The notes under the pieces: generated by a model
The model's input: only the letters and a program-made list of their open reading frames with translations
Database searches by the model: none
Told to the model about the DNA's origin: nothing
Made by a program: the position numbers and the translations under genes
DNA from: Octopus vulgaris
Taxonomy: Eukaryota
NCBI GenBank assembly: GCA_951406725.2
Contig: OX597814.1
Span: forward strand, 92,752,001 to 92,816,000
Length of the DNA: 64,000 nucleotides
Reading direction: 5' to 3'
In this document: in pieces, positions 1 through 12,924 of the stretch
Numbering within the stretch: the first letter of the stretch is position 1
Layout of the letters: the number at the start of each line of letters is the position of its first letter

Positions 1-276
1 TTGCCAGTCCTCAGTCAAACCGTCCAACCCATGCCAGCATGGAAAGCAGACGTTAAACGATGATGATGATGATGATGATATATAAAAGTATGCGCAGGAG
101 TGGCTATAGGAGCAGGAATGTCTGTGTACTAAGCAGCATGCTTACCAACCACATGATTCTGGGTTCAGTCCCACTATGTGGCACCTTGGGCAAGTATCTT
201 CCACTGTAGCCGCAGACCAACTAGAGTCTTGAGACTGGATTCGGTAGACGGAAACTGAAACAAGCCCATCATATAA

Positions 277-341
<65 letters not shown>

Positions 342-608
342 TGTATGTATGTATGTATGTATGTATGTATGTATGTATGTGTATATGTTTGTGTGTCTGT
401 GTTTGTCCTCCCAATATCACTTGACAACTGATGTTGGTGTGTTTATGTCCCCATAACTTAGAGGTTTGGCAAAAGAGACTGATAGAATAAGTCCTGCTCG
501 ACTAACGGATGGTGCTCTAGCATGGCCACAGTCAAATGACTGAAACAAGTAAAAGAGTAAAGGAGTAAAAAAAGATATACATACACACACGCACATATAC
601 ATACATAT

Positions 609-644
<36 letters not shown>

Positions 645-907
645 ATGTGTGTGTTAGAAACCTCAAACCAAAAGCAAAGGAAAGGAAGAAAAAGGCAGTC
701 AAGTTTACTTAATATTGCTTTGATCCTTTAAATAACCATTTTTAACATGAAGCTGTTATTACCGTAAAAATAAATTACAGACTAAGTATCAACCACTGTT
801 GTGGTTTTAGTATTAGTATAGAATTAACATTTACCGTTAGGAGGTCAAAGTGAGGTCATACACTTGTTTATTTTCAGTAACCACACTGTTGGAACAGTAC
901 CCTTACA

Positions 908-1110
908 TTACATCACTCCACACACACACACACATTTTAAGCTGCAACTTAGAGATGATCTAATTAGTAAACCTGAACTCACTAACTTGTACTATACGCA
1001 ATGGAGCCTCCACATGGTTGCTAGACCTTAAAGAAATAGCAGCTAAATTTGTACACTAACATCATGCCACATACACAACACACACACATACACAACACAC
1101 ACACATACAC

Positions 1111-1156
<46 letters not shown>

Positions 1157-1405
1157 TACACATTTTAAGCTGCAAATTAGAGATGATCTAATTAGTAAAC
1201 CTGAACTCACTAACTTGTACTATATGCAATGGAGCCTCCACATGGTTGCTAGTCCTTCAAGAAATAGCAGCAAAATTTGTACACTAACATCACGCCACAC
1301 ACAACACACACACACACACACACACATTTTAAACTGCAATTTTATGATGATCTCTTTACCAAAATCTGTACCCACTAACCTGCACTGTACACAGTGGAGC
1401 CTTTA
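908..1405. repeat. Local tandem triplication with variable (CA)n spacer
   Basis: cacattttaagctgcaa...gatgatct unit at ~931, ~1161, ~1323. Confidence 0.85.
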
Positions 1406-1529
1406 CATCAGCAGTTTTCAACCATATTTTTTACCTATGGACCTTTTTCATTCCTATTTTACTTGAGTGGACCCACACAGTTATTCAATGTTTAAGAAAT
1501 CATTATATTGGGTTGTCAATAAAAAATAG

Positions 1530-1842
1530 CAACTAATTAATCAATTATGTATTCACCTTTGTTGTTTACAACTTCTTCCCAAAGTTCAACAAGATTTTCA
1601 ATACCTTGTTGGTAGAAATCACCCAATTTTGACTCGAAAAATTATCCAACCAAGCTCTCAATTCTGCATCAGTATTGAATGAAACTCCACGCATAGCATT
1701 TGAAAGAGATCAAAAGAGGTGGAAATCCGTTGGTGCCAAATCAAGAGAGTACGGCAGGTGTGGCAGCACTTCCCAGCCATGCATTTGAATGGCTTTCTTG
1801 GTCATATTGGCAATGTGAGGGCAGGCGTTGCCATGCAGCAGC
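1530..1842 (-). mobile_element. mariner transposase 3' fragment
   Basis: HGNACPH...WEVLPHLPYSLDLAPTDFHLF (HDNARPH / YSPDLAPSD motifs). Confidence 0.85.
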
Positions 1843-1904
1843 ATGGCCAGCATGGCCACAGTCAAATGATTGAAACAAGTAAAAGAGTACAAAAGCCTTC
1901 ATTT

Positions 1905-2690
1905 TCAACAGGCATTTATTCCCTACCCTTAATGAAGATTTTTAAATTTTTAAGAACTTCAAAACCAGAAAATTTCTTCCTCCTAACTGCTATTTGCAGT
2001 CTTTTGAGAAAGTTTTATGGAACATTGCTAAGAACACAAAGTTTGTCAAATATCTCCTTAGAGGGAATGAACACATGTTGAAAATGAAGGCTTTAATATG
2101 TGATCTAAAAAATAAGAGCAACAAGGGAATTATTTTGCCTTGAGACAAAATTGGTAATCTGTATCATTTGGACATTTATAACTATCATGAATGAATAGAA
2201 AATGAAATCACTAATAACTATAAAGTTGTAAGTAAGAATGTATTAAGATCTATTAACTTAGAAGCTAAAAAAATTATGTGTGATTTTAATCTTAATGACA
2301 GAACTAAGCCTTTTGTGCCTAGAAGGCCCAGAATTGTTTTGAAAGATCATAAAGTAAACTTCTTCTCCAACCCTAAAGTTAGATTAATTTGGCCAGGCAG
2401 TTCTGACCTGGGTAAATTAAGTAACATTATTCTAGACCAGTATATACCCAAACTTAAAGAAATATTAAAATTAGATCTATGGTCCAATATCCAGGAAGCC
2501 ATTTATTGGTTTGATAAATTAGATAATATAAGTAGAAGTAAATTTATTCAATTAGATATTAATTATTATTATTATTCAATTAATCCCACTGTGCTATATA
2601 GTGCACTTATTTTTGCTAAGAAAAATTCTAACCTAAGTCTAAGAGAAATTAAAGTTATTTTGGAAGCCAGGAAGTCAATCATTTTATATA
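1905..2690 (+). mobile_element. Penelope-like element (PLE) reverse transcriptase fragment
   Basis: ORF 2276-2758: VLKDHKVNFFSNPKVRLIWPGSSDLGKLSNIILD...FIQLDINYYYYSI resembles PLE RT motifs 1-3; interrupted by a SINE at ~2700. Confidence 0.75.
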
Positions 2691-4000
2691 TATATACACA
2701 TCAGGTTTCTTTCAGTTTTTGTTTTCCAAATCCACTCACAAGGCTTTGGTCAACCTGAGGCTATAGAAGAAGACACTTGCCTAAGGAGCCACAAAGTGGG
2801 ACAGAACCCATAACCATGTGATTGGGAAACAAGCTTCTTCATATCTGGACTGTCTTTTATCATAGGTCTGTCTACTCAGTTACGGTTGAGTTGGGGGTTA
2901 AGCAACTCACCAGCACCAATACTTTCCAACCAATTATTTGTCCACTGTCAGACTGTATCTTACCCCTTCCACCTACCTCTCTTTCTTCTGCTTCTATTGT
3001 CAGTACAATCTCTGCCCATCTGAACTTGCTTGACTTTCTGACCATATAACAGCTCTAACCTAAACCTATTATTGTATCAACCTCTCTGTCTTCTGATCTT
3101 GCTCTTCTCACCTCACTTGACCTCACACTCTCTAACACATTTAAATCTCCAATAAAAGTACTTCAGTCTTCTGCATGGCCTATTCAGAAATACTGCAACA
3201 ACTCTTTTACTTGTTTCAGTCATTTGACTGTGGCCATACTGGAACACCGCCTTTAGTTGAGCAAATCAACACCAGGACTTATTCTTTGTAAGCCTAGTAC
3301 TTATTCTATTGGTCTCTTTTGCCGAACCACTAAGTTACAGGGATGTAAACACACCAGCATCGGTTGTCAAGTGATGTTGGGAGGACAAACACACACACAT
3401 ATATATTTACATATACATATATACGACCGGCTTCTTTCAGTTTCCGTCTACCAAATCCACTCGCAAGGCTTTGGTCGGCTCAAGGCTATAGTAGAAGACA
3501 CTTGCCCAAGGTGCCACGTAGTGGGACTGAACCTGGAACCATGTGGTTGGTAAGCAAGCTACTTACCACACAGCCACTCCAATGCCTCTGCTTCTCAGAA
3601 CTTGTCAGCAACACAACACCTCCACCTTGATTGCTCCCCAACACATCTGTCTCTACTGATTTCATCATCACTCATATCATTCCCTTCAATCCCCATAAGC
3701 TTCTTACTAGCTGCTATTCCCATTCCTTCATGTCCAATAAATTAGGTACGAAATATTTTGATGCAACCATTTTAGTGCCACCAATTTGGTATCACTGATT
3801 TCATGTTAGACATTTTAATGTTTCTTTCATTTTTCTCTCTCTTCCCCCTCTCTCTCTCCTCCTCTCCCCTCCCTCTCCTCTTCTCTCTCCCTCTCCTCTT
3901 CTCTCTCCCTCTCCTTCTCTCTCTGTTTATGTGTGTGAGATTCTTGTTGTTTGTATGTATGTGTAATGACCCCCTCTCTCTCTCTTTCTCTACCTATGTA

Positions 4001-4523
4001 CCGTAAATCCTTGAGTATAGTCCACCCTTGAGTATAATATGCAGGAGATTTTTAGGGGGCTGTACTTCTGAAAAACCTAAACCTTGTGTATAATACGCAC
4101 CCCTTCTCTAACTTGAGTCGTGCGTAATTAAGCCAGAAGCACCTTGTCGAACAAACACTTCCGTGCATGCGTAATACAATAATGGTGATGTTCTTAACTG
4201 TTATATGGGAATGTAAATATGTTTGCAAATTGTTTTTGTTACATGTTATTCTGTGTTCTGAATACTTTTATTTTAATAAATGTTGCTTACTGCAAATTAT
4301 GGATGATTCTTTTATGACTTCATTGCTTTCAGGCTTAGCTTACGGTATTTTCATGCCCGACATCACAAAATGCGTCTGAATAAACATTGCTGGACAGCAA
4401 ATAGAGACTTGAACATTGCTTAGAAAATATTTTTAATTTTTAACCTCGTATATAATACACACTAGGGATTTTGACCTTTAAATTTTTGGGGGAAAAATGT
4501 GGATTATACTCGAGGATTTATGG
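4001..4523. mobile_element. pogo/Tc1-type MITE (second, inverted copy at ~58130-58602)
   Basis: TIR ccgtaaatcct.gagtata / tatactcgaggatttatgg, TA TSD. Confidence 0.85.
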
Positions 4524-4889
4524 TATATTTCTGTATGTGTATGCATATGAGTGTTTGTTTCCAATGCCAAAACATACTGTGGCCAAAACAGGTTGAATGT
4601 CGAGTCAGCCATCCCAGATCATCAGCATCCAAGCACCCACTCAAATTCCCTTACTGTTCATGTTTCTCCACCAAGATGTTAACTTACAAATGTTCAACTG
4701 GTACCTAAGCTGTATGAATCTCATCAGTTTTAGAGGGTCTACAAAAGCCAAGTTATCAGTCCTTTCCTGTTCACTGAAAGCAGTAGCATAGCTAGGTGTG
4801 TGTCAGGGACCATTTACCTTGGGTGACATTTTTATGGGGGTCGCATTTTCGGGTCTCCTATACTCTATATAAATCCATATAGACTTATG

Positions 4890-5131
4890 GGTACTACTTA
4901 AGAAGAGTGGTCCCGGTGCGGGCACTCGCGCAAACGTGCTAGCTAGTCGTGACTAGTCAATCCTTACTTTGTGTTTTTGTGTTTTATTTACTTTGTGTAA
5001 AAAAATTATTTATTTTATGTTTTATTTACTTTGCTAGGTAGTCATTGTAGGATCGACTAGTCATGACTAGCTAGCGCGGATGCACGAGTACGCGAGTGCG
5101 CACACTGGGACTACTCTTCTTTAGTAGTACC
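4890..5131. mobile_element. Merlin-like MITE
   Basis: GGTACTACT...AGTAGTACC termini, ~75-bp imperfect TIRs, 8-bp TSD gacttatg/aacttatg. Confidence 0.7.
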
Positions 5132-6464
5132 AACTTATGTACCACAAAGGTGGGAAACAAACACATAAGTTGTTCTGGGTGGCACACACTGAATCCATAA
5201 AAAACACTAAACATTGTAGTCTGTCTTAATTATTTAAGACTGCATCTCCCTGGATCTGGAACTCTGACTTAACAATGCTTTCAAAAATTAACTAGGAGCC
5301 TTACCTACACTGATCTCTTTCAAATATCCTAATTTCCAAATGGAAAGATTTTTGTTACTTCCCTTCTTCCTCATGCTGATTCAGGGTTTATTGTGTTAGC
5401 AATATTCCTCAAGTTTGGTCTCAGGCTTGGCTGTATGGTTCAGCTTAGATATGGCTGTGTGATTGGGTTCTGGCATGAATGTGTGACAAGACACATCATA
5501 GGAAATTTAATTCTGGTTGTATTGCAGTGAATAGAAGAAGTAAATTTTCCACTAATTACAGTTTTTTGTTGTTTTATAGATAAAATTGCACTAAATTTCA
5601 AACAGCCTACCATATTGAAGTATTTAAAAATAACCCATTGATAACAACTTGTGTGACACCCTCTCTGGTTTGGTGATACAAAACCACTTGTTTTAAGTGT
5701 TCATCCTCATCATTGTCCTCATCATCCTCATTGTTGTCATCCTTTTACATCTGCATTCATGGTTTGAGTGGATTGGATATATCATAATCTAAATGATTTC
5801 TTATTGCTTGGAGAACCACATTTCACCTTACATCCAATTTTTGATGTAGTTTCTATGGCTGGATATCCTTTTTATTATCAATCACTTTGCAAAGTATAAT
5901 GGGAGTATTTTATCCTTGCACCAGCTCTAGAGAGGTTGTCAAATCCTCATCAAGACTAAATGGTCTTCTCAATCCTACTTTCTCTCCATTCGTTCAGCAA
6001 CCATTTCTCACATAATGTACAGCATGTGTTTATTGTAGCATCAGTAGTAGTGAGACTGCTTTATATTCTACAAGTCTCACAACTCTGTTTTCTCTATACA
6101 AAGCAGCATGGCTGAGAGGGTGGTAGAGGAGGAACTAAATGAAGAGTGACAATGATGACAACTACATATTTATAGAAAGAACAAGAATAAATTATGGATA
6201 TGAACAACAAGTGACCTGGGTAATGGCCAGCATTAGGGTATATCAGATACAAGTAGATCTGATGCAACTTTTATTACATAGGCAACACGTGAGAGCTGGA
6301 GAGATAACAATGATGGCAGAGGAGAATTAAATAAAGATAAATCTAATGCCATTTCTCATTACACAGTCAGCATTGTACAATAAATAGGAGAGAGGATGAA
6401 TGGTTAAGCAAAGAGAGCGTAACAAAACAGCATGAGGTCAATGGAAAGAGGCTTTACAAAAACA

Positions 6465-6710
6465 TATCATCCTCATCATCATCGTCATCATCATCATCTT
6501 CGTTTAACGTCCGCTTTCCATGCTGGCATGGGTTGGACGATTTGACTGAGGAATAGCGAACCAGATGGCTGCACCAGGCTCCAATCTTAATCTGGCAGAG
6601 TTTCTACAGCTGGATGCCCTTCCTAATGCCAACCACTCAAAGAGTGTAGTGAGTGCTTCTACATGCCACCGGCATGAGGTCCAGTCAGGCGGTACTGGCA
6701 ACAGCCACGA
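6465..6710 (-). mobile_element. RTE 3'-tail fragment (similar tails at 1-78, 32884-32987, 40864-41008, 16480-16616)
   Basis: shared motif ttaggaagggcatccagctgtagaaa...ccatgccagcatggaaagcggacgttaaacg(atg)n. Confidence 0.8.
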
Positions 6711-8643
6711 AAAAAAAGACTTTACAAGAACATAATGAGTGAGAAATCCAAATATTGATATATTATACATCCTTGCTTCCAAGTAGTCTTCCTCATTGCT
6801 GCATGCAACAAGTCATAACAATCCTTCACCATTTCCATTTGGAGGATCTTCTTCTTGAGATTAGTTTCCATTACTTTGTTCCATGTCTTTGCCAGTTTCC
6901 ATCCACTTCAAGTACTTGACATATATATATACAGCTATCATTACCCATATGCACCAACCACATACCCATATCAGTATAATCTTCTTATTTCTTTATTGCC
7001 CACAAGGGGCTAAACATAGAGGGGACAAACAAGGATAGACAAAGGAATTAAGTTGATTACATCAACCCCAGTGCGTAGCTGGTACTTAATTTATCGACCC
7101 CGAAAGGATGAAAGGCAAAGTCAACCTTGGCAAAATTTGAACTCAGAATGTAATGGCAGACAAAATACCGCTAAGCATTTTGTCCGGCATGCTGTTTCTG
7201 CCAGCTCGCCGCCTTATGATTATACCAGTATAATCTGTTTTGCACATTACTTCTGATACCTTTTATATCCAGTTTTATTGTAAGCTCATTTAGGCTCTGA
7301 TATCCTCACACCTTAACATTACACACCTTTACCTTTTGTTAGGATATATTCTAAACACCAGCTTAATAATAAGTAAATCTGAAGCAATCTAGAGAAATTA
7401 GTTACATGCAATTTATGAAGAAATGTGATACTATGTCTTATCTCTTTCCCATCATGATACCTCTGTGAAAAGAGATTGCATCAGATCTATTTGTGAATTG
7501 GTCTGTAAATACCTAATTAAGATATTGCATTTTATAAACAAGCAATAAAAAGCTGGTCCAATGCATTTTACTAAATTTTTAAAAAATACTACCTGCTTGC
7601 TGCCTTCACCATGGGGAAATATTACCTTAATTGGAAACTGGTGAGGGATGGTGATGCAAACTACATCCAACCATAGAAAGTTTACCTCAACAAATTCTAT
7701 GACTCGTGTAAGTGTGGAAAAATGGACATTAAAATTATGATGATGATGACAATGATGATCAGTAACTAAATAGAGATATTTAGATTCAGTGGTTATGAGT
7801 TTAATTTATTGTCTATAGATCTAATGTAATGCTAGCAGGATACAAATCACGAGTTTTTGCTGGGTTGTTTGTTTAGGCGGGAATCTATTGTATAAGCTCA
7901 GTCATTCATATCCTTGTTACAACCAAGTAGTAGTGTCAGGTCAAAAACAGTGAGTTTAAATTTTCACTTCAACTCCAGAAGTCTTTCATTAATATACAAA
8001 TAATTTTTGTATTAACATAAATTGGATTGTTATGAGAATTTCCATAAAGCATGTGGCACAAGTACTATTACAGTTATTTTATGGCTATTTTATGGCTGTT
8101 TTACTGCCTACTGAAGAGCAAAGTTATCTGGAAGTGGGGTGGCTGTTATAAGCTAATCCCACTGAGATTTGTAATGATTCTTTCCAAAGAAATGCATTTT
8201 GTCCTAAATGCATTTCTCAGTGCATTTTGGACAATTTGCAACCAATGAATGGGTGATCTATAAAATATTGAATGTTTTTATTTTCTTTAATTAAAGCATA
8301 TGAATTTCCAAACTTACACTAAATCTGTTATAGAAAGTCAGGAAATCTACATAACTAAACTTCTCTTCTTCCTTACAGCATAAGATTTATTCCACTGTTT
8401 GAACTGCTTGTAATATATTTTACTGAAACAGAACATGGTAAGTTTTCTCAAATACTAATGTTTTATTGTATAATGATATCGACCATTTACAGTATGAGTT
8501 GAAAAACTACCAGAATCATCTTTGCATTTCATTCTTCCAGAGTAAAAAAATAAGTATTAGTCATGTACTGGGGCTGATACAACTGATTGTTCCTTCCCTC
8601 AAAATTTCTGGCCTTGTATTTATTTAAGAAATTATATATAAAA

Positions 8644-9818
8644 CTAGTAAATGCAACCATCCTTTAGACAACAACTAAAAAATATTCTGTAATGCATATA
8701 CACGACCATATACAGGGTGGTCTGAAAGTCTTGTTACCCCCTACCAAAAAGTAATGAGAACAATAGCAGAACAAGTAATGCAGTAATCCAAAGCACAAAC
8801 TGGATTTAGTTTATTCACTTTCATTGACACTGTCACACATTAAGAAGGTCTGTATGAACAAAATTATGTGGTGCTTTGATGATTGTTGCAAAGGCTTTCT
8901 GAATGGCGTCCTTCAGCTGATGGGTATTCTGGTATCGCTCATGTGAAACTCTCTCCTTGATAATACCCCACAGAGCATTATCGCAAGACGTGAGGCCTGG
9001 ACAACTGGGAGGCCAATCAACAGGTGCTGGAAGTTGTTGCAATCCTTGCCCTATCCATCTATCCCCAAAAAACTTCATTTAGGTATTCCCTGGCATTGAT
9101 GGTATTGTGGGGTGGGGCACCATCTTGTTGAAACCAGCAATCATTCAGCTCAACAGTCAACCTCTGGAGCTGTGGAACAAACCATTCCCTTAACATAGTC
9201 AAGTAAGATTGCTGGTTAACAGTGCCCTCAAAGAAATAGGGTCCAAATCATTACATGGGGGGGGGGTGCTAAAGCAAAAAATAATGATAATAATGACAAT
9301 AATAAACAATATGTAGGGGGTAACAAGACTTTTGGACCACCCTGTAGATTAAAAAAGTATGGAAAAAGTTGAAATAAATAAATAGACAAAATCCTTTCTC
9401 CTTTATAATTATTCCCTAACCGAAACCTTCAAACAATATACACCAATACACATATAAGAAAAAATATAGAAAGTAATGATACACACTTACAACATATAAA
9501 TAATAAATAAAAAAAAATGTGAAAATCACTAAAAGTTATTCTCTAATGCCAATATACAACTATATGGATTTTAAAATTATGGAAGACCCTACATGCAATT
9601 AAACTATGTACATACAACGAATTAGTTAAAACCTGTGTAAACCACCGTTTTTCATAGTTTGTCCATTTAAGCAGGAGCTCTGAGCAAAATGTTATAGTGC
9701 ATGACCATCCTTGGCACATAAGTAATGTGTGTGTAAAGTTTGGTGAAAATCGGTTGAGAATTGTGGAAATGTATGCATTAGTCTATATACACACATACTG
9801 TGATTTATATATACTAGA
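8644..9818 (-). mobile_element. Non-autonomous Helitron-like element hosting the Tc1 insertion
   Basis: minus strand begins TC(tagtatatataaa) and ends CTAG, inserted between A and T. Confidence 0.5.
8713..9344 (-). mobile_element. Internally deleted Tc1/mariner element
   Basis: ~32-bp TIRs cagggtggtc..aaagtcttgttaccccctac, TA TSD, FQQDGAPPH and DWPPSCPGLTSCD...LWG remnants. Confidence 0.9.
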
Positions 9819-10876
9819 TAAAGGTTTTCTGAATTTGTTATTATTTCTTTTTTTTTTAAGTAGGAATGAAGACTAAGATCTACAGTAGGTTGGAGGTAAA
9901 TGGAACACTTTCCAATATAAAATTAGTCACATAAATAAAGTGAAATGAAGTTTACTTCCTATGGATAATTCTCATCAGAAGAAGCAGAAAATAATCTGTG
10001 TCTTCAGTTAATCAGTCTCAGTCAATCCTAATTGTAGCTTTTATAGCATTAAGAATATGTGAAACAAAATGTTGGATAGCATGTTAGTGGATCACAGATA
10101 TCATCATCATTGTCGTAGTCGTCATCATCATCATTATCATCATCATTGCTATAACATATTTTTCTATGCTTGCCTGGATTAAACAAAATTCATTGAGGCA
10201 GATTTTTCTACAGCTGGATGTTCATCCTGTTTCCAGTTTTCACGTGTTTCCAAACAAGATAATCTGTTATTATCTCTCCTAATCCTTTGAGCACAAATTG
10301 CACTATGGCTGGACAGTTTTCCATGGAATATTACAGATGAAGAATACCAATTGTATGACAGTGCATTTGTTTGTAATTAGCATGTGATGTCAAGACAAGG
10401 AAACATCCACACACACACACACATACTCATACATGCCCTCATATACACACACAGACACACACTTATACACATATGTATGTATACGTATGTGTGCATGTAT
10501 ATCATGCATGTGTATGTGCGAGTGTATATGTGTGTATGTATATGTATATATATATATATATATATTTATTTATTTTATTTATATGCCCTTTTCAAGCCTA
10601 GCCAGGCTCATGGGTCCGGTTTCCCAGTTTCTATGGCGTATGTGTTCCCCACAACTGGACGGGACGCCAGTCCATCACAGCATTACTCAAGAAACAGGGA
10701 GAGAGAGAAAGTTGAGGTGAAAGAGTACAACAGGGGTCGCCAATACCCGCTGCTGGAGCCTCGTGGAGCTTTAGGTGTTTTCGCTCAATAAACACACACA
10801 ACGCCTGGTCTGGGAATCGAAACTACAATCCCCCAACTGCGAGTCCGCTGTCCTAACCCCTGAGCTATTGTGCCTC

Positions 10877-10952
<76 letters not shown>

Positions 10953-11371
10953 ATGGGCTTCTTTCAGTTTCCATCATCCAAATCTGCACACAAGTCTTTG
11001 GTTGGTCCTGAGCTATAATAGAAAACATTTGCCCAAGATGCTGCACAATGGAGCTAAACTTGAAATCTCATGGTTGAGATGGAAATCTTATCCAAATATG
11101 AAAATGAAAAAAAAAAGCAAGCAGTCACAACTAAGGTACCATTACTATAAAAGGTAAGCAGGCTGATACCTTTAAACAGGTATTCTCCGTTCTGAAGGCC
11201 ATAGGGATTTCATTGAGAGGAATCTTACAACTATATTGAGAAAGGTGAATGGCTGCATCAAAGTTAATTTATTAACCATTTATTCTCACCTCAAGTTCTT
11301 TAGATATGAGCCTTGCTGACAGCTTCCACCTTATGCAAAATAAGACTTAAAACAGAAGATAGAATTGTTAT

Positions 11372-11710
11372 GAGAGACCCCCTTCGGTCATGAATGACCA
11401 TGGGATTGCACCTAAAAAGTTACCCTCTGAGGTACAAGTCTGGACAACGTTGTTTATGGAAGGCCAGCAGTCACCCATGCATAACATCCTTCCTTCTTCA
11501 CACCACTGACGTTATCCAAGGGAAAGGCAAAAGCCTATACGGCTTGGCACCAGTGATGCCGCAACTCATTTCTACAGCTGAGTTAACTGGAACAACGTTA
11601 AATAAAGTGTCTTGCTCAAGAACACAACAGGCAGCCTGATCCAGGAATCAAACTCACAACCTCACGATCGTAAGCTCGATGCTCTAACCACTGAGCCATG
11701 CACCTTCACA
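11372..11710 (-). mobile_element. Third tRNA-derived SINE family (others at ~62403-62650(-), 41240-41590(-))
   Basis: minus-strand head catggctcagtggttagagc...; ttcttgagcaagacacttta domain; tail shared with 62403-62570. Confidence 0.75.
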
Positions 11711-12299
11711 GATAGAATTGTAGATACTTCATAACTGTAGTACTTTCTTAGAACTATGACTCATAATGAAAAGCTCAGAAAAATGAAGTATTTCATTATG
11801 CAAACAAAATATATAGCAAAAAATCCAAATATTTTATAAATTTGGTGGGAAAATAATCCTTATCCAGATATGAAACGCAACAAAGTTCATAGAAACTCCT
11901 TCGTGCCATAGGCCCTAATGGGGATCGCTCAAAAAAGCATATTTATCCTTTTCTATTCAACTGCAATAATAAACATTTTTTATTTTTGAAACTATAGAAT
12001 CAAATGCGAATGTGTATGAAATATCAATGAATGATATAGATAGAAAATGCCAAAAAAAAATGTTTTCAAAACAGTCACTATTTTTGTAGTTCAAAAATTG
12101 CGATTTATGACACAAGAGCTAATACCTACAAACTTTAACTACTAAATATCGTTAAGCACACCTCGGCAAATACAATGCAATTCACTTTAAATACAACGAA
12201 TAACCGGCAGTGATGGGCTTATGGCAGGCAATAGATTAACCAATACCCGACTGGTGCAACATACTGTTAACCCTATGAGGATGAAAGGCAAAGTTATTC

Positions 12300-12552
12300 G
12301 GAGGAGGCAAAGAATACGCACACCACACGTTTTCGGCGTATTCCTTACCTTTGCCAGGTATTTTCCAAAAGATTTAAAATAGAATGTAAAGAACCGGAAG
12401 AAACATCGCAGGGTCTTTTTGACGTTCTAGCGATCGTATCTAGTTTTGCAAGCCGGAATATTATCTCTAATAAGAATGTCCTTCAAAATTAAAAAAAGTA
12501 AGATGTTTTATGGAGCAAGGGAGATAACGCACAACACCTTTTAAATTCCAAC
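12300..12552 (+). promoter_or_regulatory. Putative NUBPL promoter region
   Basis: locally CpG-retaining; ETS-like CCGGAAG at 12394; YY1-like CAACATGGC overlapping the start codon. Confidence 0.45.
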
Positions 12553-12660
12553 ATGGCTACTTACGCACTACCATGTGTTTTATCGCGTCATATTATAAAC
12601 AAACATCGACTCAGAGCCGTCCGGACAGCTTTTCGAACGTTTTCACTTTGTAGCAGTCAT
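12553..12660 (+). CDS. NUBPL: NUBPL/Ind1 exon 1 (mitochondrial targeting peptide-like)
   Basis: ATG in ccaacATGg context; MATYALPCVLSRHIINKHRLRAVRTAFRTFSLCSSH is Arg-rich with no acidic residues; 108 nt; donor gtaagc; phase 0 fits exon 2. Confidence 0.85.
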
Positions 12661-12769
12661 GTAAGCTTAAAATATTCATTAAAATTAATTGAGTCTGTTT
12701 GTGTATTAATCATTCTACCGTCATGAACTATCATCTATATCGATAGCTCCACAGACGAAAGAATTGATA

Positions 12770-12830
<61 letters not shown>

Positions 12831-12861
12831 AAAATAATATGTGACAATTACTCGGTAGTCA

Positions 12862-12924
12862 AGATAAAACTCTGAGTTTCGGATGCCGAGGTGGAAATCT
12901 ACACTACCATCTCTTCAGTTATCT
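12862..12924 (-). ncRNA. Type-I hammerhead ribozyme motif (PLE-type minimal), core intact
   Basis: minus strand: agataa-CUGAAGA-gatg...catcc-GAAA-ctcagag-UU-ttatct; 6-bp stem I, near-palindromic stem III, GUU cleavage triplet. Confidence 0.7.
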
